Notes: generated from the letters alone by a model not told the origin. Shown: positions 28,792 through 41,310, numbered from the stretch's first letter. The stretch: DNA of 64,000 nt from the human T2T-CHM13v2.0 reference genome, Homo sapiens (GCF_009914755.1 NC_060929.1), one strand, 5' to 3'. A program made the numbers and translations.

Positions 28792-30849
28792 ATGGAGGGG
28801 TACTCAGAGGAGGCTAGCTTGCTGCGGCACCTGGAGAAGGTGGCCAGTGAGGAGGAAGAGGTACCACTGGTGGTTTATCTAAAGGAGAATGCAGCACTGC
28901 TGACAGCCAATGGGCTGCACCTGTCCCAAAACCGAGAGGCCCAGCAGTCCTCACCGGCCCCACCTCCAGCTGAGGTCCACAGCCCAGCTGCAGATGTCAA
29001 CCAAAACCTTGCCTCGCCCAGTGCCACGCTCACCACACCAACTTCTAACAGCAGCCACAATCCGCCAGCCACCGATGTCAATCAGAACCCACCGGCAACT
29101 GTTGTCCCACAGAGCCTGCCACTTTCTAGCATCCAACAGAATTCCTCAGAGGCCCAACTCCCATCTAATGGCACAGGGCCTGCTTCCAAACCCAGCACCC
29201 TGTGTGCTGATGGGCAACCCCAGGCACCGGCTGAGGAGGTGAGATGCAGCACACTCCTAATTGACAAGGTATCAACTCCAGCTACCACCACCAGCACCTT
29301 CTCCAGAGAAGCTACGCTCATCCCCAGCTCCAGGCCCCCAGCCTCAGATTTCATGTCCAGCTCCCTGCTCATTGACATCCAGCCCAACACCCTAGTGGTG
29401 TCAGCAGATCAAGAGATGTCTGGGCGAGCAGCTGCCACCACGCCCACCAAGGTCTACAGTGAGGTCCACTTCACACTGGCCAAGCCCCCATCAGTGGTCA
29501 ACAGGACGGCCAGGCCTTTTGGGATCCAGGCGCCAGGGGGCACCAGCCAGATGGAGAGGAGCCCCATGCTAGAGAGACGACATTTTGGGGAGAAGGCCCC
29601 GGCTCCCCAGCCCCCCAGTTTGCCAGACAGGAGCCCCCGGCCACAGAGACACATAATGTCCCGCAGCCCCATGGTGGAAAGGAGGATGATGGGGCAGCGA
29701 AGCCCGGCCTCAGAGAGACGCCCCTTGGGGAACTTCACTGCACCCCCCACCTACACTGAGACCTTGTCCACAGCCCCTCTGGCTTCCTGGGTGAGGTCTC
29801 CTCCCTCATATTCTGTCCTGTATCCCAGCTCCGACCCCAAGTCTTCTCATCTGAAGGGCCAGGCGGTTCCTGCCAGCAAGACGGGCATTCTGGAGGAGTC
29901 GATGGCCCGCCGGGGCAGCCGCAAATCCATGTTTACTTTCGTGGAGAAGCCCAAGGTGACCCCGAATCCAGACTTGCTGGATCTGGTACAGACAGCGGAT
30001 GAGAAGCGGCGGCAGAGGGACCAGGGGGAGGTAGGCGTGGAGGAGGAGCCCTTCGCACTGGGGGCCGAGGCCTCCAACTTCCAGCAGGAGCCAGCACCTC
30101 GTGACAGGGCCAGCCCCGCGGCGGCGGAGGAGGTGGTACCAGAGTGGGCCTCCTGCCTCAAGTCACCCCGCATCCAGGCCAAGCCGAAGCCCAAACCCAA
30201 CCAGAACCTCTCCGAGGCCTCTGGGAAGGGAGCTGAGCTCTACGCCCGCCGCCAGTCACGGATGGAGAAATATGTCATCGAGTCTTCAAGCCACACGCCA
30301 GAGCTGGCCCGCTGCCCATCACCTACCATGTCCCTGCCTTCCTCCTGGAAATACCCCACTAACGCCCCCGGGGCCTTCCGAGTGGCATCCCGAAGCCCAG
30401 CCCGGACCCCGCCTGCCTCCCTCTACCATGGCTACCTGCCTGAGAACGGGGTCCTGCGCCCAGAGCCCACCAAGCAGCCGCCATACCAGCTGCGCCCCTC
30501 GCTCTTTGTCCTCTCACCTATCAAGGAGCCTGCCAAGGTCTCACCAAGAGCTGCCTCGCCCGCCAAGCCCAGCTCCTTGGACCTGGTGCCCAACCTGCCC
30601 AAGGGGGCTCTCCCTCCATCTCCTGCCCTGCCTCGGCCCTCGCGCTCCTCACCGGGCCTCTACACCTCCCCCGGCCAGGACAGCCTGCAGCCCACTGCCG
30701 TGAGCCCTCCTTACGGCGGTGACATCTCCCCCGTGTCTCCCTCCAGGGCGTGGTCTCCCCGAGCCAAGCAGGCCCCCAGGCCCTCCTTCTCTACCCGGAA
30801 CGCCGGGATCGAGGCTCAGGTGTGGAAGCCTTCCTTCTGCTTCAAGTAA
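28792..30849 (+). CDS. SYNPO: Synaptopodin, short isoform (685 aa); 28792-30819 is shared with the long isoform
   Basis: ATG in good context (AGCATGG), [16 protein letters not shown]...VWKPSFCFK*; length computes to 685 aa; PPTY (29743-29754) and PPSY (29800-29811) WW-binding motifs; internal donor CAG|GTGTGG at 30820. Confidence 0.97.
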   Translation: MEGYSEEASLLRHLEKVASEEEEVPLVVYLKENAALLTANGLHLSQNREAQQSSPAPPPAEVHSPAADVNQNLASPSATLTTPTSNSSHNPPATDVNQNPPATVVPQSLPLSSIQQNSSEAQLPSNGTGPASKPSTLCADGQPQAPAEEVRCSTLLIDKVSTPATTTSTFSREATLIPSSRPPASDFMSSSLLIDIQPNTLVVSADQEMSGRAAATTPTKVYSEVHFTLAKPPSVVNRTARPFGIQAPGGTSQMERSPMLERRHFGEKAPAPQPPSLPDRSPRPQRHIMSRSPMVERRMMGQRSPASERRPLGNFTAPPTYTETLSTAPLASWVRSPPSYSVLYPSSDPKSSHLKGQAVPASKTGILEESMARRGSRKSMFTFVEKPKVTPNPDLLDLVQTADEKRRQRDQGEVGVEEEPFALGAEASNFQQEPAPRDRASPAAAEEVVPEWASCLKSPRIQAKPKPKPNQNLSEASGKGAELYARRQSRMEKYVIESSSHTPELARCPSPTMSLPSSWKYPTNAPGAFRVASRSPARTPPASLYHGYLPENGVLRPEPTKQPPYQLRPSLFVLSPIKEPAKVSPRAASPAKPSSLDLVPNLPKGALPPSPALPRPSRSSPGLYTSPGQDSLQPTAVSPPYGGDISPVSPSRAWSPRAKQAPRPSFSTRNAGIEAQVWKPSFCFK

Positions 30850-33800
30850 CGAACCCCACGGGGGTCCCACTGCCGGTCAAGTTCCCCTCCTTGAGGGCCA
30901 GATGGAGAGCAGATGTGGCAGGAAATGGCACAGAGCTGAGTGAGGAGAATGGGGAGTCCATGGTTCAAGGTCAGATGCGGCCACCAGCTGGCTTTGTGAC
31001 CTTGGGCGAGTCGCCTCCCCTCTCTGAGCTGAAGCCGCCCCTCCCCTACTACAACAGGGGTCGGACTCCATGTCTGAGCGGGGAGGAGGGTCATGGAGAG
31101 AGAACTGTCTGGCAGCCCTGATGCGGTAGAGGGGCATCCTCTGGCCTTTGTGAGCTGTAGGGATGCAGAGTCTGATGCCAGCGTCTTGCTGGGGGAGTGG
31201 CCTAGAAGGGGATCCTAACAGGGACTTCTGGAGCAGACAGAGCCTGCCAGTGCCTGTGGAGTCAGCCAGCCGAGGGTCTGCCTCCTCAGCTGCCCCAGGG
31301 GGGCCTCCCTCCTGAGGCTCAAGCTCCTGGCGTCTTTCTTCCTGTTGCTGGATTCTCACCTCCATGGGCCTGTCTCTTCTGCCTCTGCCTTCTGGACACC
31401 GTTTCCTCTCCGCTGCTTCAGAGAGCTTTGCCTCGCCTCCGCCTGCGCTCCCCTCCAGGGTCCTTCTGCTGGCTGCGGACTCGGCCCACCACTGCTGTCT
31501 GACGCTTTTCTTCCTGCCCCCTCTGAGGCCTGGCTCTGTTTTAGGGAGATCACTGGGCCCAGGCCTCAGCCCCAGTTCTACCTGGCTTGCTGTCACCGCT
31601 CTAGGGGTGGGGGACGTCCCAGGGGATCCCCAGGAGAAGGAGAGCCCTGTAGGGGGCTGTGCAGATGTGGGTGTGCCACAGGGAGGGTGGCCCCTAGCCA
31701 TGTATCCATTGGCTGTTTTGGCTTCAGATTCAACCAAGATCTGCCTGACTAAAAGAAGCCACCTCAGCGCAGTGGAACGGGGCCCAGGGGGAGGCAGGAG
31801 AGGAGGGTTCCGGTCCCATGTCACCTTCTCATTTGCTGTGTGACTTTGGCCCACTCACATTCTCTTTGGGCCTCAGTTTTATCATTTATACAAGGAGGGC
31901 TTTTCTAGCTGTAACAATCTGTGAGGATTGAGAGGATAGGCTGGTGCTTTGAAGAAAGGCCTTGTAAGTGACAAGACAGTCCCCTGGGAAGAAAGAGAAA
32001 GGAAATGGGCTATTGCCAAAGGACAGGTGGCGTTAGATGGCTGTGAGGGTGACCTGGTGAGGGAAGGGTTGGAATGAGCTGCTGCAGGAGGCCAAGGGAT
32101 GCCTGGGCTGGGCTGGGCTGGGCTGGCTTAGGCTCAGGATTGCCTGGGGACAGTAGGAGCATGGCAGGAGCTGGGGCAGGTGCATAGCAGTGCAGTGGGA
32201 AGGGACAGAGGAGATCTTAGAATTTTGAGGAAAATCTGGGACTTGAGACCTGGATTCTAACAGACCAACTGCATGTGTGTCTGTAGGTCTCAGTTTCCAC
32301 ATTCATACAGTGAGGGTGTTAAGTCAGGTAGCTGGAGACTTCCCATCGCCTCTGACACTTTTGGAGGTGATATGATACAGCCCCCGACCAAACCAGGCTT
32401 TGTGGGGGGTGAGAGAATACAGACACAAGTGGCAGGATTCAGATGGAAGCTTCGCAAGGCTGGGGGCCGAGGACCACCCACTTCTCTTTCCCAGCCCTAG
32501 TTCTGGGTTCCCCAGTGGGGCAAGGGGTGGTGGAGGCAGTGCCCATGCTGGGCTGAGCCTGCAGTTTTTGTGAGCTCTGGGCTTGTCTCCATGGGAACAG
32601 GGGTGCCTTCTTAGTGAGCTCATTTCACACAGATCGAGGGGGTATGCGTGGGGGAGTTGTGAGTGAGCTCAGCTCCTTCAGGCCTGGCCTCTCCCAGAAC
32701 AGAGTGAAGCCCCTGCCCTGGACCCCTGCTCCCTTCTACCCTTGAGGGCCACCAATGGAAGAGCCCGCCCTTCATTCTGCAGCTCCTGCGGCCAGGCTGA
32801 GCTCTGCCCCCAACTTTGTTTTCTCTCATGTTCTCAATACACTCTGCCTCAAATCCGTCTTGCTTCTTTCTTTCTTCCGTGCTGCTAGGGGTCAGGGTTC
32901 CCTTCCTCCTGCCTGATTCTAGCCTGGGAAGTGGAGTGGGCCTGCTCAATTACTGTGTGTGAAAGTGTGGCTGTGTCCTGCGTGCTGCCTGCACCTGCCG
33001 TGTGTCTGGTTCTGCACTGGTACAGACGTGTGCTGGGTTGGAAATGAGGGCTTCCTCTCTACAGCACTCAGGGAGCCAGAACCCTGTGCAAATCGCAACC
33101 TTTTGTTCTTTCCTTCCCTCAGAGTTTGGCCAAAAATACTTTAGAGGATTTTTGGGGAAAATGCACTACCTCTTCTCGTTGAGGTTTGTTTGGGTTCTTT
33201 ACAAGTGGAATAGAAATTCCTCTAGCCAGCATTCGCTCTCCAGTTCCCTCAGGTCCCCTCCCTGCTCCCCATTATCTAAATTTGGCCATTTCCCACATTT
33301 GCCATTGTTTTCACTGTCTGGATCCTAAAAGCATGGAGTTTCTGCCCCTGGTGGGGAGGAAAGAACTGCCATCAAGGGTCAGGAGAGCTGGGTTCTAGCC
33401 CCAGGTCTGCATCTGATTCGTGTGTGACCTCAGACAACCTCTTCCAATCTCTGGGCCTCAGTTTCCCCTTCTGTGCAGTGAAAGGATTACAGAAGGAGGT
33501 CAGAGACCATTTGGTCTCCGACAGTCCAGGTTTGACTGTGTTCTACTTATGTATTCACCCCACACATGTGCCCTGCTTTGGGTCTGGGGTTGGGTTGAGT
33601 GGATGCTACTTTTTGAATTTTCACCCACCGCATTCCCAAGGAGCTCTGGTGTGCACGGTGCATTGAGCTCTCTGTCAGAAAGTGAACAGTTCTGATTTCC
33701 TGCAGCCTTTTCGTACTGTGCACACCCCCGACTCAAAAACATACACACAGAGTCAGTGCCCAGGCATGGCTGTTAGGGTGAGGTCAGGCTCTGGCCCATC

Positions 33801-33984
33801 TCCAGATGATGGGGATCTGCTTACCACTGCCCTCAACATTCAATCCCGTTTGAGCCCTTCTGTTTTGTAGTCTTGGCTGAATTGTTATTTCTTCCACTTG
33901 TTGGCCTCAGCATTCCCCTTGTGGCCACCAAAGGCAGAAACAATGCTTTAGAGATTTTTAGGTAGTTATCATAGCTCTCCTGTG

Positions 33985-34270
33985 CAGCCTACTCTCCTGG
34001 CTGAAGACCCCAGGTTCCGCTGCCTTGGGTGGTTATTGACTGGCTTGGGTCATGAACTCTAGGCCCTACCTCCCTGCTCAGGGTGGCACTGTGGTCAGGT
34101 GTTGGGTCATGCCAGAGCCCACCCTGATTTGGCATTTGGCCCTAGCCCTCCTCTTCTAGCCCTGGAGCTGGGACCTTCCTCCCAGCTCCTCTCCCTAAAC
34201 TGTGGGGTCTGCCTTCTGCGGCCAGCCTGACTGGGATGTTCCACTGGCACAGAGAAGCTCCCAGTGTCTC
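33985..34270 (+). repeat. Local duplication, copy 1
   Basis: Shares multiple 12-21-nt exact blocks with 35772-36093. Confidence 0.85.
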
Positions 34271-34621
34271 TGGCTCATGTATACACAATTCTGACCCTGG
34301 GAAGAAAACAGTGGGATCCCAGGCTGAGCCTTAACTTTCAGCTTGATGACTGGGAGCTTGGATGTCCCTAGGGAGTCTCTAAGGGTCACTCCAGCATTAG
34401 TATCCCATGAAAAATGTCCTGCTTAGGCTGTTGTATAACATTCTTCTTTAGGTTAAAGGGCTCCAGTTTGGAGTCTGGGCTCATCTAGCAGCTGCTACAT
34501 TCTGTTTGGATAAAACATACAATTGGTGTCTATTTCCTTTGGATTGGGAGGAATTAGAAGACTCTCAGTTGGATGAGAGGATGACTGGCTTGGTTATGGC
34601 TGATCACTGATTGGATGAAAG

Positions 34622-34627
34622 AATAAA
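34622..34627 (+). terminator. SYNPO: Poly(A) signal, probable end of the SYNPO short-isoform 3'UTR
   Basis: First canonical AATAAA I found downstream of the TAA at 30849. Confidence 0.55.
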
Positions 34628-34865
34628 TCTTTGGATGGTTCTAGATTTTGATCGGGTAGGAAGCATGGAATGGACTGGCTAGCTCTGAACTCTGGTGGAT
34701 GACTGCTAGTGAATTTGGATTGGATTAAATGGCAAGGTGGACTGGTTATTGCTGGAATCTGATTGGGTGAACAGTTGGAAAGTTCAGGAGATACATGTTA
34801 GGCAGGGATTCCCAAGCCCTCCACTTTCAAACCAGTTCAAACCGCTTAAACATGTAGCCTTTGAG

Positions 34866-34868
<3 letters not shown>

Positions 34869-34901
<33 letters not shown>
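34869..34901. repeat. (CA)n microsatellite
   Basis: Direct reading. Confidence 0.95.
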
Positions 34902-34903
<2 letters not shown>

Positions 34904-35361
34904 CCTGGTGGGGCAGAACACACTAGATTGTTATTTACACCTCTGAGCTTCATTTTCATCATTTGTAAAATGGGTGTGGTAATGCTAATTACCTCACTAG
35001 TCTGTTGTGAAAACCTAATGAGATAAAGGATGAGAATGAAGTTTGTAGACTGAAAGTCCTTAAGTACATAGGAAACAGGTATGGCTCTGCATCGCTGACC
35101 AGTGCTTCATAGCCTCCAAGCTGTTCACCATCTTGGCCTCTCCAAAACCACACTCCCCTCCCCATTGCTGTGAAAAAGCTCAGTGAGGGGCGTGTGCTGC
35201 CTAGGGAGGAATGGCCCGACTTCCTTTTGTATCTCCATCTGTCAGGGGCATCTTCCTCCCTGTTCAGGCATCCAAGGAAAGATGATGAGGTGACCATGGC
35301 AACATGGCAAATGGTTTGGGGCTGAGAGGGTCTTTCCCTAAGTCCAACTTTAATAATAGTC

Positions 35362-35658
<297 letters not shown>

Positions 35659-35771
35659 TCAATATTTTTACATTTTAATTTTGATAATAGATAATACATT
35701 CATATGGTTCAGAAATCTAAACTTATATAAAAAGTAATATATTAAAAAGCCTTATTCCCATCTCCCTGCCC

Positions 35772-36093
35772 CAGCCTACTCTCTTGGCTGAAGAGCCAGG
35801 TTCCCCTGCCTCAATAGTTGCTGACTGGCTTGGGTCATGAGCTCTAGGCCCCACCTCCCTGCTCAGGGTGACACTGTGGTCAGATGAGAGGACACACAGA
35901 GCCCACCCTGACTTGGCATTTGGCCCTGAGACACTAGTCTCAGCCTCTATCTAGTTCTTCCCATGTGGCCCTGGGCCCGGGACCTCCCTCCCAGCTCCTC
36001 TCCCTAAGTCATGGGGAAACCGAAGCCTCCCTCAGCTAGCCTGACTGAAAGCTTCCCGGGATGTGCCACAGACAGAGCAGCTCCCAGTGCCTC
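35772..36093 (+). repeat. Local duplication, copy 2
   Basis: Homologous to 33985-34270. Confidence 0.85.
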
Positions 36094-36175
36094 AGACTGT
36101 GTGCCCTGTTCCTGTTCTCACCCCATTTCCTAACAGGTGACCATTTTGGTTAGTTTCATGTATATCCTTCTAGTA

Positions 36176-36468
<293 letters not shown>

Positions 36469-36489
36469 CTTCTGGTATTTCTTTATGGT

Positions 36490-36680
36490 AATCAACATCT
36501 ATTGAGCACTTTCTTCCAAGGAATGTGCCGATATATGTAATGTTCTTTTCCATCAGTTATCTCATTTAACCCTCACAACAACCCTATAAGGTTAAGTACT
36601 GTTATCACACCCCATTTTACAGAAGCAGAAACTGAAGCCCAGAGGGGTGAAGTAACTTGCCCAAGCTCAGTTAGTAAGTT
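36490..36680 (-). mobile_element. MIR SINE
   Basis: ctcatttaaccctcacaacaaccctataagg...cccattttacagaagcagaaactgaagcccag. Confidence 0.8.
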
Positions 36681-36921
36681 AAGGCGGCTCTCTCCAAAGC
36701 GAGTCTTCTTAACACGGAGGCAGACACAAGACAGCGGGGACTCTTCAGGCGTTCCGGGCTGAGAGTTTGGGCGCCTGCGTTTTATTGCAGGCACTACCTG
36801 ACTTGGATCGGTGGCTTCCCTTCTCGGTGTAATGGACAAATCGGACTCCGTCCCTTCCTAAAGCCCGGTGTGGAAGACCTCAGCACTAATGCCTGCCCCA
36901 CCCTCTCTGCTCTCTCCCCAG

Positions 36922-37605
36922 GACCGCCGGGAGAGCCTGCCCACCTCCCCACCCTGGACGCCGGGCGCGTCCCGGCCCCCCAGCAGCCTAGACGGCTGGG
37001 TGAGCCCGGGCCCGTGGGAGCCAGGTCGCGGGAGCAGCATGAGCAGCCCCCCGCCGCTGCCGCCGCCACCGCCCATGTCTCCCTCGTGGAGCGAGCGCTC
37101 GGTGTCCCCGCTGCGACCTGAGACCGAGGCGCGGCCCCCCAGCCGCCAGCTGCAGGCGCTTCTGGCGCGAAACATCATCAATGCGGCCCGGCGCAAGAGC
37201 GCCTCCCCGCGGTCGGCGGGCGCCGAGAACCCGCGGCCCTTCTCCCCGCCGAGGGCGCCACCGCCCCCGCCCCCGCCCCCGCCCCCGCCCCCGCGCATGC
37301 GCTCGCCACAGCCCGCCCGCCCCGGCTCGGCTGCTGTGCCGGGGGCAGCCTTCGCGCCCATCCCGCGGAGCCCGTTGCCCGCCGGTCCTTCGTCCTGCAC
37401 CAGTCCCCGGAGCCCGCTGCCCGCGCCTCCCAGGCCCTTCCTCTACCGCCGCTCGCCCACGGACTCCGACGTGTCCCTCGACTCCGAGGACTCCGGGGCT
37501 AAGTCTCCAGGCATCCTGGGCTACAATATCTGTCCCCGCGGGTGGAATGGCAGCCTTCGGCTCAAGCGTGGCAGCCTCCCCGCCGAGGCCTCCTGCACCA
37601 CCTAG
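36922..37605 (+). CDS. SYNPO: Synaptopodin long-isoform terminal coding exon (227 aa; 676+227=903 aa)
   Basis: Acceptor ctctctccccag|GAC; phase 0 matches donor 30819; DRRESLPTSPPW...AEASCTT*; total equals the known 903-aa isoform. Confidence 0.95.
   Translation, partial: DRRESLPTSPPWTPGASRPPSSLDGWVSPGPWEPGRGSSMSSPPPLPPPPPMSPSWSERSVSPLRPETEARPPSRQLQALLARNIINAARRKSASPRSAGAENPRPFSPPRAPPPPPPPPPPPPRMRSPQPARPGSAAVPGAAFAPIPRSPLPAGPSSCTSPRSPLPAPPRPFLYRRSPTDSDVSLDSEDSGAKSPGILGYNICPRGWNGSLRLKRGSLPAEASCTT
37261..37293 (+). repeat. SYNPO: (CCGCCC)n coding repeat, poly-Pro12
   Basis: 5.5 perfect hexamer units. Confidence 0.9.
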
Positions 37606-37925
37606 AGCCCCACCCCCGACCCCACCCCGGGAGGGCAGAGCCAGAAGAAGGCTCATTAGACCTGGGGGACCCAAAGGGTCTGGCCTCTTTGGGCAGCCCC
37701 AGAGATGAGGGGTCAGCAGAGGAGAGCTCTGGGGTTGGGGATGGGTTAGGGACGCAAGCTTGAGTTCTAGCCCTTGCTCTCATTCAGCTGTTGTGTGACC
37801 CTGGGTAAGACCCTTCCTTGTTTGACCCTCAGCTTTCCCATCTGTTTAATGGTGGCTTTGGCCAAGGCAATCCACAAACGTCAAAATTCCCCTTCCCATC
37901 AGTACACACACCGATGCACACACAC

Positions 37926-37933
37926 TCTCTCTT

Positions 37934-37989
<56 letters not shown>
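37926..37989. repeat. Compound (CT)n(CA)n microsatellite in the SYNPO long 3'UTR
   Basis: Direct reading. Confidence 0.95.
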
Positions 37990-37993
<4 letters not shown>

Positions 37994-39696
37994 TAGTGCC
38001 TTGGATGAGGCGGGGCAGTGTGTATATGGACCCCTGGACTTGCTACCTTCAGGGTTCCATACTCGTCCCTCCCCTCCTGGCTCTGCTGTCTGGAGTCTGG
38101 CAAGCGGGGTGTGTTCAGAAGGTCCTAGGCCTGTGTCGCATGTCCAGGCACTGGCCTGACCATCCGGCTCCCTGGCACCAAGTCCCAGGCAGGAGCAGCT
38201 GTTTTCCATCCCTTCCCAGACAAGCTCTATTTTTATCACAATGACCTTTAGAGAGGTCTCCCAGGCCAGCTCAAGGTGTCCCACTATCCCCTCTGGAGGG
38301 AAGAGGCAGGAAAATTCTCCCCGGGTCCCTGTCATGCTACTTTCTCCATCCCAGTTCAGACTGTCCAGGACATCTTATCTGCAGCCATAAGAGAATTATA
38401 AGGCAGTGATTTCCCTTAGGCCCAGGACTTGGGCCTCCAGCTCATCTGTTCCTTCTGGGCCCATTCATGGCAGGTTCTGGGCTCAAAGCTGAACTGGGGA
38501 GAGAAGAGATACAGAGCTACCATGTGACTTTACCTGATTGCCCTCAGTTTGGGGTTGCTTATTGGGAAAGAGAGAGACAAAGAGTTACTTGTTACGGGAA
38601 ATATGAAAAGCATGGCCAGGATGCATAGAGGAGATTCTAGCAGGGGACAGGATTGGCTCAGATGACCCCTGAGGGCTCTTCCAGTCTTGAAATGCATTCC
38701 ATGATATTAGGAAGTCGGGGGTGGGTGGTGGTGGTGGGCTAGTTGGGTTTGAATTTAGGGGCCGATGAGCTTGGGTACGTGAGCAGGGTGTTAAGTTAGG
38801 GTCTGCCTGTATTTCTGGTCCCCTTGGAAATGTCCCCTTCTTCAGTGTCAGACCTCAGTCCCAGTGTCCATATCGTGCCCAGAAAAGTAGACATTATCCT
38901 GCCCCATCCCTTCCCCAGTGCACTCTGACCTAGCTAGTGCCTGGTGCCCAGTGACCTGGGGGAGCCTGGCTGCAGGCCCTCACTGGTTCCCTAAACCTTG
39001 GTGGCTGTGATTCAAGTCCCCAGGGGGGACTCAGGGAGGAATATGGCTGAGTTCTGTAGTTTCCAGAGTTGGCTGGTAGAGCCTTCTAGAGGTTCAGAAT
39101 ATTAGCTTCAGGATCAGCTGGGGGTATGGAATTGGCTGAGGATCAAACGTATGTAGGTGAAAGGATACCAGGATGTTGCTAAAGGTGAGGGACAGTTTGG
39201 GTTTGGGACTTACCAGGGTGATGTTAGATCTGGAACCCCCAAGTGAGGCTGGAGGGAGTTAAGGTCAGTATGGAAGATAGGGTTGGGACAGGGTGCTTTG
39301 GAATGAAAGAGTGACCTTAGAGGGCTCCTTGGGCCTCAGGAATGCTCCTGCTGCTGTGAAGATGAGAAGGTGCTCTTAGTTAATGATGAGTGACTATATT
39401 TACCAAAGCCCCTACCTGCTGCTGGGTCCCTTGTAGCACAGGAGACTGGGGCTAAGGGCCCCTCCCAGGGAAGGGACACCATCAGGCCTCTGGCTGAGGC
39501 AGTAGCATAGAGGATCCATTTCTACCTGCATTTCCCAGAGGACTAGCAGGAGGCAGCCTTGAGAAACCGGCAGTTCCCAAGCCAGCGCCTGGCTGTTCTC
39601 TCATTGTCACTGCCCTCTCCCCAACCTCTCCTCTAACCCACTAGAGATTGCCTGTGTCCTGCCTCTTGCCTCTTGTAGAATGCAGCTCTGGCCCTC

Positions 39697-39702
39697 AATA
39701 AA
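39697..39702 (+). terminator. SYNPO: Poly(A) signal of the SYNPO long isoform
   Basis: AATAAA followed by U/GU-rich downstream sequence. Confidence 0.8.
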
Positions 39703-40609
39703 TGCTTCCTGCATTCTTCTGCCTCCTGTGTCATTTTCAGCTGTGTCTGATGTCCTTCCCTTCTCCCCAAGCATGGAGCAGTCCATGGGACTCTGGGTGG
39801 CTGGGAATATTTGAGACATATGGGATGGGAGCTTGGGAAGAAGCAGCCATGGGGAGAGATGGGAACAACGGACAACTTGAGGCCATAGAAGTACCTGGAC
39901 TGCAGTCCTGGTCCTGTCATGGACGAGCGGGGTGACCCTGGGTGAGCCCACTCCTTCTCTAGGCCTCAGCTTCCCCATCCGTATAATGGGGAGAGTGGGT
40001 CTAGGTAATGTCTCAGGGTGGTATTGTCCAGGCCCTGACCACAGAGCACTATCACCAGAGTGGGCAGGGCCAAGCTGGGTCAGGGCTCTGTGCTCTGAGG
40101 CTGTTTCCTCATGGCAGGTGGGGGTGCCAGGGCAGGAAAGGCGCCACTGTAAGAGGTCCCGTCTGAGCCAGGCAGCCCCAGTGAGGCAAGGACTCGGGCC
40201 ATGAGGCATCCTCTCCTGGCAGGAGTGTCCTTTGGCCAGAGAAGGGGATTGTGATCCTGCTCCCAGGTGAGGCTAAGCTTGCCCTGGGAACACACCTCAC
40301 TCTTCCTCTCTAGAAGCTCAGGCCCACCGAGGGCCAGGAAGCTAAGGTCAGGGTGGTGGACAGCAGAATCTAGGCTTCTGATTTGAGAGGTGTCAGAAAT
40401 ACACCCCAGGATAGTCTGCCAGCACACAGACACCGGTGGTCCCCACCCTGCACCCAGCCCATCCTTGCTAGGCCCACCCTTCCCCAGGAGTGTGTGCCTT
40501 GGACCCAATCTTTATCTTCGGCTGGGGCCTCACTGCAGCACAGTGTCCCATTGCCTACTGGTGATCTCATCCCAGTCCCCCGACACCTCAAAGTTCATCC
40601 AAAACTGAC

Positions 40610-41310
40610 CTCAGTGTCTGCCCCCACCCCTCCTGCTCCTCCCCTTCCAGTCACCCAAGCATGAAACAGGGGAGTGGGACTCCCTTTCCTCACCTTCCAC
40701 ATCCAGTTCCTCACCAAGACCCAAGGGTTCTTCAAATAACCCTCAACTCCCTCTCCTCTCCATCTCCTTGTCACTGCCCTGATCCAGCCACCCCTGGTGA
40801 CAGTCAGGTCCTCCTGCCTCCAGTCTGGCCCCCTCCAACCCATTTCCCACATGGCAGCAAAGATATCTTTGGAAAATGCCAATCCGATCACTCCATTTCA
40901 CCACTTTAATCTTGTCAGCAACCCTTTATAAACACAGTTTCCTTTTGAAAGCCTGCTGGGATCTGGCCGCTGCCCCCACTGTCTGGGCTAATCTCTCAGC
41001 ACTGCCCCCAGCTCCGGCTCTACTTGCCAACCCCCTACCCATCTTTGTAGGTGACATGTCCACTGCCTGCCATGCCCCTTCTCTGCCCAGTGAACTCCCA
41101 CTCATCCTTCAAGGCCCAACTCCAGTGTGTCCTCCTCTGGGAAGCCTTCTCACCCCCCACCCCAGGCTGAGCTGGTAACTCCCTCCCCTGGGCTCTCCCA
41201 GAGCCTTCCCCAAAGCTTGTTTACCCGTCTGAATCTGACCTGGCTGAGCTCCTTGAAGACAGAGCCCTGCCTTATTTATTTTCAGTCCTTAGAGAGAGGC
41301 TCAGGGAATG
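40610..41310 (+). mobile_element. Old L2 fragment
   Basis: Pyrimidine-rich L2-like text (aaatgccaatccgatcac; actcccactcatccttcaaggccc...cctcctctgggaagccttc). Confidence 0.55.

Larger units (their letters stand above)
36700..37630. promoter_or_regulatory. SYNPO: CpG island over the SYNPO terminal exon
   Basis: Very high CpG and GC content. Confidence 0.8.

Noticed and set aside
30101-30703. 200-aa alternative-frame ORF inside the SYNPO CDS
   Set aside because: GTG start; expected by-product of GC-rich Pro/Ser codon usage.
30877-31854. 325-aa minus-strand ORF
   Set aside because: Non-ATG start, both ends in MIR-like sequence, antisense to a GC-rich 3'UTR, no domain.
34520-34770. CRISPR-like reading of the motif-plus-spacer array
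   Set aside because: Repeats are only 7 nt and degenerate, spacing is irregular, the context is human, and there are no cas genes. Kept only as a regulatory-array finding.
36858-37708. Long overlapping ORFs (175-228 aa) on other frames and strands of the SYNPO last exon
   Set aside because: Extreme GC content suppresses stops; only the frame matching the 30819 donor gives the 903-aa product.
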